A stretch of DNA of 64,000 nt from Gracilinanus agilis (Eukaryota). The translations under genes were made by a program, and so were the position numbers. Under the pieces are notes generated by a model, which saw nothing but the letters and a program-made list of their open reading frames with translations, was not told the DNA's origin and made no database searches. Positions 14,093 to 26,552 of this stretch are shown here, one piece after another; position 1 is the first letter of the stretch; each line of letters begins with the position of its first letter. The DNA is taken from assembly GCF_016433145.1 (NCBI RefSeq), contig NC_058132.1, positions 86,926,873-86,990,872 on the forward strand, read 5' to 3'.

Positions 14093-14767
14093 ATATTAGG
14101 TTCAGTTAATAATGATAACAATAACTTACATTTAAATGGTGAATTATTATTAACAAAATGTTTTCCTTTGAAATAATCCAGTGTGATAGTAAATGTGAAG
14201 AAATGGCTATTGCTCATTTTATACATGGGGAATATGAAATTTAGACAAGTTAAATTCATTTTCTAGGACTGCCCAACTAGTATAAATATCAGAGTCAGAG
14301 ACTGAATGGTTCAAACCTAAAGTTTTTCTCCAGGTTTTGCTGTCTGGAGAAGTGAGGTCAAATCCTGTCTTTAATTTATAATAGTTTATTGGTGATAAAC
14401 ACTCATTTAACCTCTCAGATCCTAAGTTTCCTCATTCTGGATAAAATTATTTATATTACTTATGTCATAGGGCTGTTAAGTGGAAAGTGTTTTCTTTAAA
14501 TCACAATGAAAAATATGAGTTATTACTATACACTTGTATTATACAATGTGTTTTAACATAATATGTAAATTATTATGCACATTATTATGGTTGTGCATAT
14601 ATTATAAATTATTCACTACATCAAAACATCTCTCAATGTAAAAAAGGAAATAGGCATTTTTGAAGACTGACAAAATTTTTCTCCATCTTCAGGGCACTTA
14701 ATTTGCCTTACAAAGGGTATTTAGGTTTCTTTGTGTATTTTTAGCATCAGTAGTATTTGCATGTTAT

Positions 14768-14968
14768 TCTTTTTTTAAAACTCTTACCTTTGGTCTTAGA
14801 ATCAATACTAAGTATCAGTTCTGAAGCAGAACTGTAGTAAGGGTTAGGCAATTGGAGTTAAGTAATTTGCCCAACATCAATTATGTAGGACATGTCTGAG
14901 ATCAGATTTGAACCCAGGACTTTCTGTCTCTAGGCCTGGTTTTCTATTCACTAAGCCACCTAGTTGCT
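14768..14968 (-). mobile_element. SINE1_Mdo-type SINE
   Basis: Typical body and tail. Confidence 0.88.
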
Positions 14969-15310
14969 CCTTGGCTATTATTCTTATTGCTTCCAATAAC
15001 TCCTACACCAATGTCATGTCCTGGTATAGAATTGATTCTAGGTTCTCTGAGATGATCAGTGCTCTTGGAGTACAAGATCTGACAGCTCTAACCAAGCTAA
15101 AAAGGCTTTAGATAAAAACTCAATGATGAGGTTTATGTATATTTTCTGAGATATAGCCCAACAAATAACTAACATTTGTACAGTATTTTAAAGTTTGCAA
15201 AGCATTTTACAATGATTATTTCATTTGATCCTCACAACAACTCTGAAAGCAAGATTATTGAGAGAGATGAAGAGATTTGCCAAGGGTCACATAACTAGTA
15301 AATGTCAGAG

Positions 15311-15674
15311 CAGGGGTCGGCAACCTTTTTGGCCGTGAGAGCCATAAACGCCACATTTTTTAAAATGTAATTTTGTGGGGCAGCTGGGTAGCTCATTGGA
15401 TTGAGAGTCAGGCCTAGAGATAGGAGGTCCTAGGTTCAAATCCGACCTCAGACATTTCCCAACCTGTGTGACCCTGGGCAAGTCACTTGACCACCATTGC
15501 CCACCCTTATCACTATTCCACCAAGGAGCCAATACACAGAAGTTAAGGGTTTTAAAAAAATGTAATTTCGTGAGAGCCATACAGTGCTCACAGTGCGCGC
15601 TCCTGTAACAGCGCCTGAAAAAAAAAATTGACTTTATGGCTCCTGCAGAAAGAGCCTTATGTTACTGACCTCTG
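15311..15674 (+). mobile_element. Non-autonomous hAT DNA transposon (MITE) containing a SINE
   Basis: TIRs CAGGGGTCGGCAAC / GTTACTGACCTCTG; perfect 8-bp TSD TGTCAGAG (15303-15310, 15675-15682). Confidence 0.92.
15377..15556 (+). mobile_element. SINE1_Mdo-type SINE inserted in the hAT element
   Basis: 15-bp TSD AAAATGTAATTTTGT / AAAATGTAATTTCGT (15362-15376, 15557-15571). Confidence 0.92.
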
Positions 15675-17689
15675 TGTCAGAGGTTAGGATTTGTATTATG
15701 ATCTTCCTGACTTCAAGTCAAACATTACATCAACTGTTTCTTATCTAAATTTGGAAAGGCTGAGTCCAAAGTTGGCTTTGGTTTATAATTAGGTTTATAA
15801 TGATGTGACTTTTAATTTTTCCCACAGCAACTATTTGATACCCTTTAATGAATTATAGAGGATTTCAATGTTCATCAGTGGAAGAAATGACATAGTATCT
15901 AGCTGATAAAAATAACAGATTCCTGATATAAGTATTTTCATGAAGGTGATAACTCTTCCAGGACACAGGTAGAGTTTTCTAGTTCTCTTATTTCTCCATA
16001 AGAATCTCAGTAAAGGGATACAAACAGAAACCCTTAGACAATAATATGGGATGACTGAAATTGGCCAGTGAATCATTTCTGTTACCCTTGCTCAAGGAAT
16101 ATGGGGAGGGGGGGGAGAAGATGAGGCAGTGAGGGAACAGCTTCAATAATGGATGGATTGTATATATTCCTGAGTGGACTCTCAGAGATAACAACCAGTA
16201 AATGTCAAGCTTTAGTCTATAAAAATTACATAGACCCTGCTATGCTCAAAATGGGCCACCATCTGTATACAGAAGAATGGATGAGAATAAGGCCAATTTA
16301 ACTTTTTGGAGATGACAGATGAGGAGAAATCAGACACTAATATCTTAAAATATCTGGAATTTCTCCAAGAGGGAGACTATACCCTACTAAAATATTTGCT
16401 TATATTTGATGGTGTATATAACAATAAAGAAGGAGAATATCAAGTAGAAGATTTAAGTAGGTGGATCTCTCTCTCAGACTTGCTCTGAATAACTGCCTCT
16501 TACCCTGTATCCTCCTTCTATCTAGATCCAGCATTCTCCTCTCATCTATATTATTTCTTCCTCACTCTGCTCATCTCGTGGTGATTCAAAATTTCATTAT
16601 CCCAAGAGACAAATAAACCCCAGTACTGGAGAAGTGTAGCATCTTTCTACATGCAGAAACCTTTGCACAGAAGATCTTCTCAGGAATAGGAAAGTTCCAG
16701 TTGGATTCTATACTATTTGCCTTAGACCCTAGATGAATGTGGCAACTCTGATAGCCTCTTCTGAGCAACTTAAGGATATACACACAAACACATGTACGTA
16801 CACACACATACACATATATTATATAAATATATATATGTATATATATACATATATGTAACACAATGTGCCCAGCACTATGATAAACACTTTGCAAATATTT
16901 ACAGAAATTACAAATGGATCATTAGATCCTCACAAAAACCCAGGGTGATAGGTACTATTATTATTCCTATTTTAAAGATAAAAGAACTGAACTAAACAGA
17001 GGCTAAGTGATATGTCTAGGGTCACACAGCTATTAAGTTTAAGGCTAGGTTTGAACTCAGATCTTTCTGACTACAGGACCAACTCTCTATCCACTGTGTG
17101 ACTAATATATACATATACATATACACATATGCATACACACACACACACACACACACACATATATGTATATATATTGCTAACCTAATCTTTGTTTTTGACA
17201 TGTGTTTTGGTAGTGGGGAGAAGTACCTAAACTAAATGAACATCCATCAGAGAACTGAAAAGATGTCCTTCTTATGTAAGGTCCCCTGTCATAGGGAGCT
17301 GTCAGGCTGTGACTTATGGGATTTAGAAAATGAAATGGTTTTAGAGGTCACTTATCTAACCTTCCTTTTTAATATAAATGAAGAAGCTAAGGAGCAGAAG
17401 GTTAGCACATTTTCTTAAAGTCATATGAAAAGGAAGGAACAGAATCAACTCAGTATAATTATGTTCAATTCATCAGACATTTACTAAGTCCTTCCCATTT
17501 TCTAAGCACTTTAGGTCCAAAAATGAAACATTACTCTACCTTAAAGGACTTACAATCACTCTGGAATCAGGATTGGAACCTAAATTCTCCCAAACTAGAT
17601 CCAGATCTTATTTCCAGCTGCATCATCCTGCCTAAGAGTCGAGTAGATGAATATAAGACATAAATGAAGAAAATAATTATTGGTCCATC

Positions 17690-20530
17690 AGCTAATAAGC
17701 ACTTATGAAGAATCTACTATGTGCCAAGCTAAAGACCTACAAAGAAAGGCAAGAGATCACTTCTGCTCTCAAGGAGCTCACAGTTTTACAGGGGAAACAG
17801 CATGCAAACAACTATGTGGGAATAAGCTATGGATAGAATCAACAGAGGGAATGTGCTAATATTAAGGTATATCAGTGAAGACTTCCTGTGGAAAGTAGGA
17901 TTTTAGGTAGGCCTTGAAGGAAGCCTCAAGGTGGAAATGAGAAGAAGAGAATTTCAGGCAGGGTAGGCAGCCAACACAAATGTCAAGTTTGATGTGTGTG
18001 ATATAGTAAGGAAGTCAGGATCTATAAAGATTTGGGAAGTGGAGCAGGGGAAGATAAGGTGCTTGGCAAGCTGTAAAGAGACTGAAAAAACAGGAGAGAT
18101 TCATATCGTGAATGGCATTGAATGAAAAACAGAGGATTTATATCTTATCTTGGAGGTGAAAGAGAGTCACTGGAATTTATTGAATGGGGGGTGAGATGAC
18201 ATGATTGGATCTGTTCTGTAAGAACAATTTAAAAGCTGAGTGAATAACAATCAGAGTAAGGAGAAACTTAAGTCAAGGAGACTAAACAGAAAGTGAATGT
18301 GATAGACCATGTGTGAAGTGATCAGAGCTTGAACCAAGGTAGTGGTGGTCAGAGGAGAGAAGGGGGGCATGTATAAGACATGTTAAAAAGATAAAATTGA
18401 TAGGAATTAGCAACAGATTGGAGATGGGTTTGGAAGGGTTGAGAAAGTGAGGAATTGAGGATGACACCTAGGTTGTAACCCTGTATGACTGGCAGAGTAG
18501 TGACATCCTGGATAATAATAGGGAAATTTAGGAAGAGGGAGCATTTAGAGGGAAATTTAAAATTCACTTTTGAATGTGTTAAGTTTAAGATATTCATGGA
18601 ACATCCAGTTGGAGATGACCAACAGGCACTTTGAATAGTAGTAATAATAATAGCGCCTAACATTTTTATTGTGCTTTAAAGTTTGCAAAGTACTTTGCAC
18701 ATATTATTCCCATCTGATAATAGGAGAAAAATGCATAACATATACATTAAAGAGCAAGTACTTCAGAGAATTGCAAAACAAAAGGATATGCAACATCTAA
18801 AAGGAAAGACTATTATCCATTAGCAATCCAGGAAGGCTTCCTTGATGAGGTGGCATTTGAGATGCCTAGTAAAGAAAGGTTGGAATTTTGACACGTGATG
18901 AGTTAGAGGGAGGGTATTCTGGGACAAGGAAAAGCATGAGCAAAGGTGCTGAGCTGGGGCAAAGCAAGCATTTTGGGTAAGAGGCATAAAGTAATTCATT
19001 TATCAGAAAAGTAGAGTGTATGGAGGGAAATGTTATGAGAGTGAAAGGGAAAGTAAGGTAATATAAGATCATGAGAAGACTTAATTCTATGGAAAGGAGT
19101 CTGAACCTATTTTTTTTCTATTGTCACTAGACAAAAATGACTTAAGATTTAAAGTGTTATAACCTATATAGCTAGATGGCTCTATGAATAGAGTATTGGG
19201 TCTGGAGTCAGAAAAACATCTATCCAAGTTCAAATCTGGCCTACCTGTGTGATTCTGGGCAAGTCTTTGCTTCAGTTCCCTCATCTTTAAAATGAGCAGG
19301 GGAAGGAAATGGCAAACTACTCCAGAATTTTTGCAAGGAAAACCCCAAATGGTGTCACAAAGAGTTGGACATGACTAAAAACAACTGAATAACAACAATA
19401 TAGCCAATATTGATGCATAAGAAATATTATAGCTTAGAAGTGAAGGAGTAATAGCAAAAACTTGATATATCACTATGGCAAATAATCCAGGCAGATAGTA
19501 ATCAGAGTTTATATCAGAGTGATGACAGAGTAAATAGGAGAGGCAGAATATATCAGGTATGTTTCAGGGGTAGAATTGTCAGGAATTGGTAAGTGATTGG
19601 ATATGTGAGGTGAGGGAGAAAGAAGAATTGAGGATAACATGAAGGTTTCTATTATTAGATGCAAGAAGAATAAGACTACCACAGATAGAAAAAAAAATGA
19701 GGAGTAAGAAATAATATCAGGCTTAATGTAAAAGAAAATAAACCTGGCTTAATATATAGGATCCTATATTTTAGAATAAGAAGGGATCCTAGGTCCAGAG
19801 CTATAGAGGACTTTAGAAATTATCTATTGCAATCCTCTTATCTTGCTGATGAGAAAACTGAGGGTCAGTGAAGGATGGTTTACCAAAACAATAAGTGAAA
19901 GATATGATATGATAAGTGAAAATATGAACCCATTTCCTCTGACTCAAGAGCCAATGTCCCCCACGTTTAATTTGAGACACCAGTGTGATGTTAAGATGGA
20001 GATGTTTTACAGGCAATTTGAGATGCAGACTTAGAACCCTGGAGAGAGATCAAGGCTTGAAATTTGGATTTGGAACTCATATGAAAAAACTCAATAGTTA
20101 AATTGTAGAAGTGAATAGGATTTTCAAGGAAGAAAAGAGAGTAAGAAATGTAAATGTTCATAGGATATTTCATTAGGAAATATATGTATTAAATGTTTAG
20201 GAAGCAAAATGATGTAAGAGCCATGAGAATTATAGGAGGTTGTCATTTGTGATGTTAAATGCTCCAAAATGCAAGAAGGAAGAAGACTGCAAAACGTCTA
20301 AGGTGCTTGTTAATTAGGAAGTCATTAGAGAGCTTAAAAGGAGCAGTTTCAATGGAATGATTATAAGGGAACAGATTCTGGGAGGTAGCAGCCAGAGTGT
20401 AAAGAATTGAGGATAGTGTTGAATAATAATTAGAGTCACTGGGTACAAAATACTTTTTTATAAGAGATGAAAGTGATGAAAGAGATAAAATGACAACTAG
20501 ATGATACTGAAGAGCCAATGAAGAATATTA
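17690..20530 (-). mobile_element. Tract of fragmented L2 3' portions with MIR/MAR1 insertions
   Basis: Purine-rich L2 reverse-complement signature and terminal motif ATAAGCACTTAT...CTACTATGTGCC. Confidence 0.6.
19170..19400 (+). mobile_element. MAR1-type SINE (RTE-derived tail)
   Basis: GAAGGAAATGGCAAACTACTCCAG...GGACATGACTAAAAACAACTGAATAACAAC tail. Confidence 0.8.
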
Positions 20531-20987
20531 AGGATTATATACTCATCTATCTGTGAAAATAATAGAATATTGAGGGAGAGGTTATAGCTCTCATTTGTAC
20601 ACACTTTCTTGCCTTTGATTCCCAGTTCGCTTCATCCTTTCTTTTTATGCTCTGATTGTGTATGCTATGTTCTCTAATTATTTGGTAACAAATATTTTAA
20701 ATGCCTAATATATTTGAAGTATTGTGATAGGTACTGGGGATTCCTGAAGGAGCTTACATTATACTGGGGGATACAGCATAGAAGCAAGTATAAGTATAAT
20801 GCAAACATAATGTTTGTTCTTGAACACCTCATCAAGAGAACAGATTCTCTTGGTCTCCTTTTCTCAAACCTCTATGGCCCCACCATAGAGACCCCATGGT
20901 CTCTACCATGGACCTAGAAACAGGTTCCATTTTTTCTATTCCCTACTTCTTTTTTTCCTCCAAGCCTACCATCCATGCTTTTCGAGT

Positions 20988-21140
20988 AGACTTACCTGCC
21001 TCAGTTTCTGCCTGAAGGACAGAAGTTGGATGCTTTCATCCAGCATATGAGGTCCAAGTTTCCTTTGTTTTGAAGAGAGAAGGTTTTTTTTTAACTGAAG
21101 CTACAACTCCCTGGAGAGTTTCACTAGGTCTCCCAGGAGT
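20988..21140 (-). promoter_or_regulatory. Predicted promoter and first exon of OR-A
   Basis: Consensus donor CAG|GTAAGT (intron starts 20995). Two O/E (Ebf)-type sites, TCCCTGGAGA 21108-21117 and TCCCAGGAGT 21131-21140, in non-repeat sequence. Confidence 0.55.
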
Positions 21141-21757
21141 CTGGAATATGGAAATGGGAGAATACCTGTCTCCAAGCACAGAAATGTTATTACTACTAAG
21201 ATTCACACATGGGACTCCTCTTCTCTAAACTCCACCCCAACCACTTTTCTGAATATCTTTCTGGAGTTTTAGGAATTCTAAGATTAACAATGGAGTGGAG
21301 GTAGAGGATAAGGAAGACTAGATAGTTTAGGAGATTTCATCTCTTATTTTGACCTAAGAAACCCCTAAGACAACACTCTGATGTTTTCTTTCCATGTTCA
21401 AGGGAAGACACATTCTTTTGCATTCTGCCCTTAGTGAGGGTCCTATTTTGAGCCAGAGACTCCAAAATTCTTAGAGCTGGAAAGGATCTCAAAAGACATT
21501 AAATTCATTGCCTACCAAAAGATGAAAGTCATCCCCAACCTCCTCAACAAATGATCATTCAGCCTCTGTTCGAAGACTTCCAGGGCATGTATAAATCATC
21601 TTATAACAGGTGGTATCATCCTGGGCTCTAGGAGTCACCATTCCTGACCACCTTTTCCCAATTAGGGATTCCCCTGTATGCCATCTCCTTTAGCCATCTG
21701 GTTCCTCTTTTTGGGTGGAATTTTTAGTCTAATGACAATTTTTAAAAATCTTCAGCA

Positions 21758-21958
21758 GGGGCAGCTAGATGGCTTAGTGGATTGAGAGTCAGGCCTAGAT
21801 ATGGGAAGTCATGGATTCAGATATGACCTCAGATACTTCCTAGCTGTGTGACCCTTGGCAAATATCTTAACCCCCATTGCCTAGCCCTTTCTGCTCTTCT
21901 ACTTTGGAACCAATATAGAGTATTGATTCTAAGACAGAAGGCAAGAATTTTAAAAAAC
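21758..21958 (+). mobile_element. SINE1_Mdo-type SINE
   Basis: Full body; TSD AATCTTCAGCA on both sides. Confidence 0.9.
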
Positions 21959-22407
21959 AATCTTCAGCAAACCATAATCAGGATTATCTGTGCTCATTTA
22001 GCTGAATTTTTAAGACTCTATGCACATAGTCCCTCAGAACGCCTAACCAGATCATTATCAGACTTGGAGGGTCATAAGGAAAAAAAGTATAGTCATTGAA
22101 AGTTTGAAATAAGGGACGACTTGGGAGGAGGAAGATATAATGATGTCTGATTTGGACACATTGAATTTAAGGGCTATGGTATATCTAATAAATATGAAAG
22201 AATAATGCAGGACTGGAGCTCCCAGGAGAGATGAAAGCTAGATATGAAAATGTAGTAGTCATCTGAATAGAAGTGATACTTGATCCTATTGTAGATGATG
22301 AGATTTATTATATTTCATAGTATTAAGGGAATCAAGGCCTAGATAATCGAGGTTAAGTGACTTTCTCAGGATGACACAACAAGGAAGTGTCTGAAGCCAG
22401 ATTCATG

Positions 22408-23346
22408 TCATTCTTTTTTAAAGAAAATCCTCAAAACTCTCTCCCGAATCTGCTTGGTCCTGACCCCATAAATGACAGGGTTGAGGGCAGGTGGTACAAC
22501 CACATAGAGATTGGCCAGAAGGATGTGAATGTAATGTGGAATGTTGTGGCCAAATCGATGAGTAAGGAAGGAAAATAGAGCTGGCATGAAGAAAGCTAAG
22601 ATGACACAGATGTGGGAGCTGCAAGTATTGAGTGCTTTGAGTCGAGCATCCCGAGAGGGGAGGCGGAACACAGCCTGGAGAATCCTGACATAGGACACAA
22701 TGATCAGGATCACATCCAGAAATAATATGGAAATATTTCCCAGGCCAAAAAATATATTGACTCTGATGCTTGCACAGGCCAGTCGAGCCACACCCATATG
22801 CTCACAGTAGGTATGAGGGATAACTGTATGCCCACAGTAAGGGAGTCGAAGCAGGAGAAATACAATAGGAGCTATCATACACAAGCTCCTTAGGAAAACT
22901 GCCAGAGCAATGAAACCAATGGTTTTGTTGGTAAGGATCATGCTGTAACGAAGGGGGTTACAAATGGCAACATAGCGGTCAAAGGCCATGGCTAAGAGTA
23001 CGATGCTCTCCATGACTGTGAAAAAATGGATGAAGAACACTTGGGTGACACAAGCTCCAAAGGCAATAGCCCTCAGGTGAAACCAAAAGATTCCCAGCAT
23101 CTTGGGGATGGTAGCTGTAGACAAACTCAAGTCAATTCCTGACAGCATGGCGAGGAAGTAAAACATGGGCTGGTGGAGGCTTTGCTCAGTATGAATTGCA
23201 TATAAGATGGTGCTATTGCCCATGAGTGCAACCAGGTATAAGACACAGAAGGGGAAGCCAAGCCAGATATGTGCACGTTCCAGCCCTGGGATCCCCAGAA
23301 GCAGGAAGAAGGCAGGATGGAACTCTGTGTCATTCAAAGGGAGCAT
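22408..23346 (-). CDS. Class I olfactory receptor OR-B, OR52E subfamily (OR52E6/E8-like), 312 aa from MLPLNDTEF
   Basis: All OR motifs intact ([51 protein letters not shown]). Canonical ATG at 23346; the frame is open further upstream to ATG 23415. Confidence 0.93.
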   Translation of the reverse strand: MLPLNDTEFHPAFFLLLGIPGLERAHIWLGFPFCVLYLVALMGNSTILYAIHTEQSLHQPMFYFLAMLSGIDLSLSTATIPKMLGIFWFHLRAIAFGACVTQVFFIHFFTVMESIVLLAMAFDRYVAICNPLRYSMILTNKTIGFIALAVFLRSLCMIAPIVFLLLRLPYCGHTVIPHTYCEHMGVARLACASIRVNIFFGLGNISILFLDVILIIVSYVRILQAVFRLPSRDARLKALNTCSSHICVILAFFMPALFSFLTHRFGHNIPHYIHILLANLYVVVPPALNPVIYGVRTKQIRERVLRIFFKKE

Positions 23347-23428
23347 CTTTATGGGGGAAACCAATAAACATGATAATTTCTGAAGTATCTTCCCTTGACA
23401 GTAATAATTCACCATCTCCTTCTGGAGT

Positions 23429-23452
23429 CCTAAAGAAATAAAAGAAAAATGT
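23429..23452 (-). other. Splice acceptor of the OR-B coding exon (exon starts 23429)
   Basis: Minus strand TTTTTCTTTTATTTCTTTAG|G, 83 nt before the canonical ATG. Confidence 0.7.
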
Positions 23453-23933
23453 CAAATATTCTGTGTACTTTTACTATTTGAGAGAATCTGATGAGGAAAG
23501 TATCTCCATCTGCCATCTTTCCACATTCACTCATTCCCCTATATCCTTCAGAACTGATTCTTCAAAAGTGTGGTGCCCTTTGATAGCTATGGGTCAAAAG
23601 CAGCTAGTCCCCCCCCCTCCATGGATGTAATCTTTCAGACCAGAGAAGGGGATAAGATGAGTGGGGCAAGGCAATCAATTCAATCAGTTCCTTTCTACTA
23701 TGCTAGAATCTATATCCAGTCTTGGTAAATATAAGTATGACCTTGGGTATTTAAGTGCTTTATCAACGAGTCAAAATATTTGTAGGCACATTGGATGTAT
23801 TGGAAACCTTGTACCAGGACACCAGGAAGAATGCAAAAGAAATTGAAAATCTGATCTATGTATTGTGGATAATAGCACAGAAAGGGAAATACTTTTTCTG
23901 TCTCTGTCTCCCACATACACATACAACACATAT

Positions 23934-23934
<1 letters not shown>

Positions 23935-23970
<36 letters not shown>
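23935..23970. repeat. (CA)n microsatellite
   Basis: Pure CA run; another lies near 17135-17160. Confidence 0.95.
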
Positions 23971-23972
<2 letters not shown>

Positions 23973-24544
23973 AGTGTAATGTAAAGAATAATAAATTATC
24001 AGTTAAGAGACCTGGATTCTAGATCTAATCTTGTCACTGATTAGCTTTGGGCCTAGAGAAAGTCATTTAAATGTTCTATGTCACAGCTTCTCCTGTTATA
24101 AAATGATTGAGGAAGACTCATTAACCTCTAAAGTTTTTTCAACTCTAATATTTTATGATTATATGTAAAACAAATTAGAGAAAAGGCAGAGACAGGGTCA
24201 GATAGCTTTAAATAGAGAAGGCTTAATAAAATTGACACAAATTCTTCCCAAAGATGTACTTAAATTGGTGGAAAATAAAGGCAAGAACATCACAAGGAGG
24301 AAACAACCTTAGCAAAAATACAAGAGTGAGCCTTCTAGGGGGTGGGGTGGGTTAGGTCTTGTTATTCAATGAGCAGAGATGACAAAGGCTAAAAGGTATG
24401 ACCCTCCCAGTTAGGTGCAGTAGTGGCTTGAAGGTCAAAATCTTTACAACATTAATGTCCCATAAAGGAGAGGACCCTCAGTATCTTACTATGTTATAAA
24501 TATGAAGATCTGACTAACTCATCTTGGAAAGTGGAGGAATATAC

Positions 24545-25445
24545 ACAGTTTTATAACTCTCTGGATAATTCCAGATTGCTCTCCAAAATGGTTAGATCAG
24601 TTAACAGTTCCACCAATATTGTATTAGTATCCCCCTTTTTCTGCATCCCCTCCAACATTTGTCATATTGTCCTTTTATCATGTTAGCCAGTCTGATAGGT
24701 GTGAGATATCTCAGTTATTTTGATTTGCATTTCTCTAATCAAAAATTATTTAGAGCATTTTTATTTAATAGCAATGCTATTATTAGTTTTGTTTCCTATG
24801 GTGACCAAGGAAAAAGGAAAAGAACATAAATTTTCTAAAATATTTATAGCCCCTTTCTTTGTGGTGGCAAGGAATTGGAAATGGAGAGGATATCTTATCA
24901 ATTGGAGAATGACTTATCAAGTAATGGCATATAATTGTGATGGAATATTACTGTGCTATAAGAAATGATGAACAGCTAATTTAAAAAAAAACATGGAAAA
25001 AACTACATGAAATTATGAAGAGTGAAACAAACAAAACCAAGAGAACATTGTATAGTCACAGAAATGTTGTTTGAAAAATGACTTGTTTGTGTCCACCTCC
25101 AGAGAAAGAACTAATAAACAGAAATAAGCAAAACATGGTTTTACATATACATCGATCTTTTTTTTTTACTCCTTACCTTCCACCTTAGTATCATTACTAA
25201 GACAAAAGAGTGGCAATAGTTGGGCAACCTGGATTAAGTGATTTGACCAGGGTCACACAATTAGGAGGTGTCTAATGCCAGATTTGAACAAGATCCTCCT
25301 GAATCCAGGCCTGGAGTTCTTTCCTCTCTGTTACCTAGCTGCCTTTTTGTCAAATGATGCCTTCTCTAGAGTAGGGAGGGCAGGAGGGACAGAGATATAT
25401 GGGAACTTTAATGTAACAAGCAAATAAAATTTAAAAGAAAAAATA
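24545..25445 (+). mobile_element. 5'-inverted (twin-primed-type) L1 3' fragment with an inserted SINE
   Basis: ORF2 C-terminal segment in minus orientation (about 24545-24800) joined to downstream ORF2/3'UTR in plus orientation. Confidence 0.65.
25157..25342 (-). mobile_element. SINE1_Mdo-type SINE
   Basis: Typical body. Confidence 0.85.
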
Positions 25446-26364
25446 AAAGAATGTCGAGGAGTGTGCAGGTGGTTGACTAGGGTTAGACATGAAAAAAACA
25501 AAATGAATTGTGAGAAAAAGATACGTATAGTGAGGTTTCCTCTGAAAAGGGATTTGGGAACCAAACCAAAGCAGGAAATCTGTCTCTCAAGGAATTTAAT
25601 GGCCATGTTGTATTAAAGTTTTTACTTTGAGGGGTAGAATATTCCATTTTGCCTAAATTATTTGTGGAGAACATGCTTTCATATTCTTTCACAATTCTCA
25701 GACACCCTTCTTCCATCTAATTTAATTGGCATAGGAGCCACCTGGTGAGGAAACGTATCTCTTCAATTAGATTGTGAACTCCTAAATGTAAGGGACTTTT
25801 AGGGAACTTTCATTGTATTCTTAGCATTTAGACTAGGGCTTGGCACATAGTAAGTATTCTCCTTCTGACCTATGTACCTAATTTTTCATTTGGTAACCTT
25901 GTCATGATCTTGGGCTTTTCACTCTCCCTTGCCTCTTATAAGCAATCAATCATCAAGCTTATCAATTCCTTTTCCATATAATTTCTAGCATCTAGGAGAA
26001 AGTAGATGGCACAGCATTTAGAATTCTGGGTTTTAAATCAGGAAGACCTGAATTCAAATTCTTCCTCACATAGTTACTAGTTATATGATCCTGGACAATT
26101 CTTTAGTTTAATTTTCTTCATATTTAAAATGATAGACATTTATTGTCTCTAAGGATCCTTCTAGTTTTAAATCTGTGATGCCATATCCCTCCTTTCTAAT
26201 TTCATTGGCATCACAATAGTATAGGACTTCATCTATTCCGATGTGGATCATTGTAATGACAAACTGATAGGTTTTCTTGCCTCCACTATTTCCCCATTTC
26301 AATGATCCATCTTTCTCATGACTGCAAGAATCTATCTTATACATAAGTTTGGGTTTTCTTTTTG

Positions 26365-26552
26365 GTTTTATTTTTTTAACTCTTACCTTCTCTCTTAGAA
26401 TGAATACTAAGTATTGGTTCTAAGGCAGAAGAGTGATGAGTTGGGCAATTGGAATTGGAATTAGGTGACTTACCCAGAGTCACACAGCTATGTGTCTGAA
26501 GCCAAATTCAAACCTAAGACCTCTTATTTCCAACTGAGCCACCTAGCTGCTC
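26365..26552 (-). mobile_element. SINE1_Mdo-type SINE, adjacent to a MAR1-type SINE (about 26560-26815, minus)
   Basis: Typical bodies. Confidence 0.8.
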
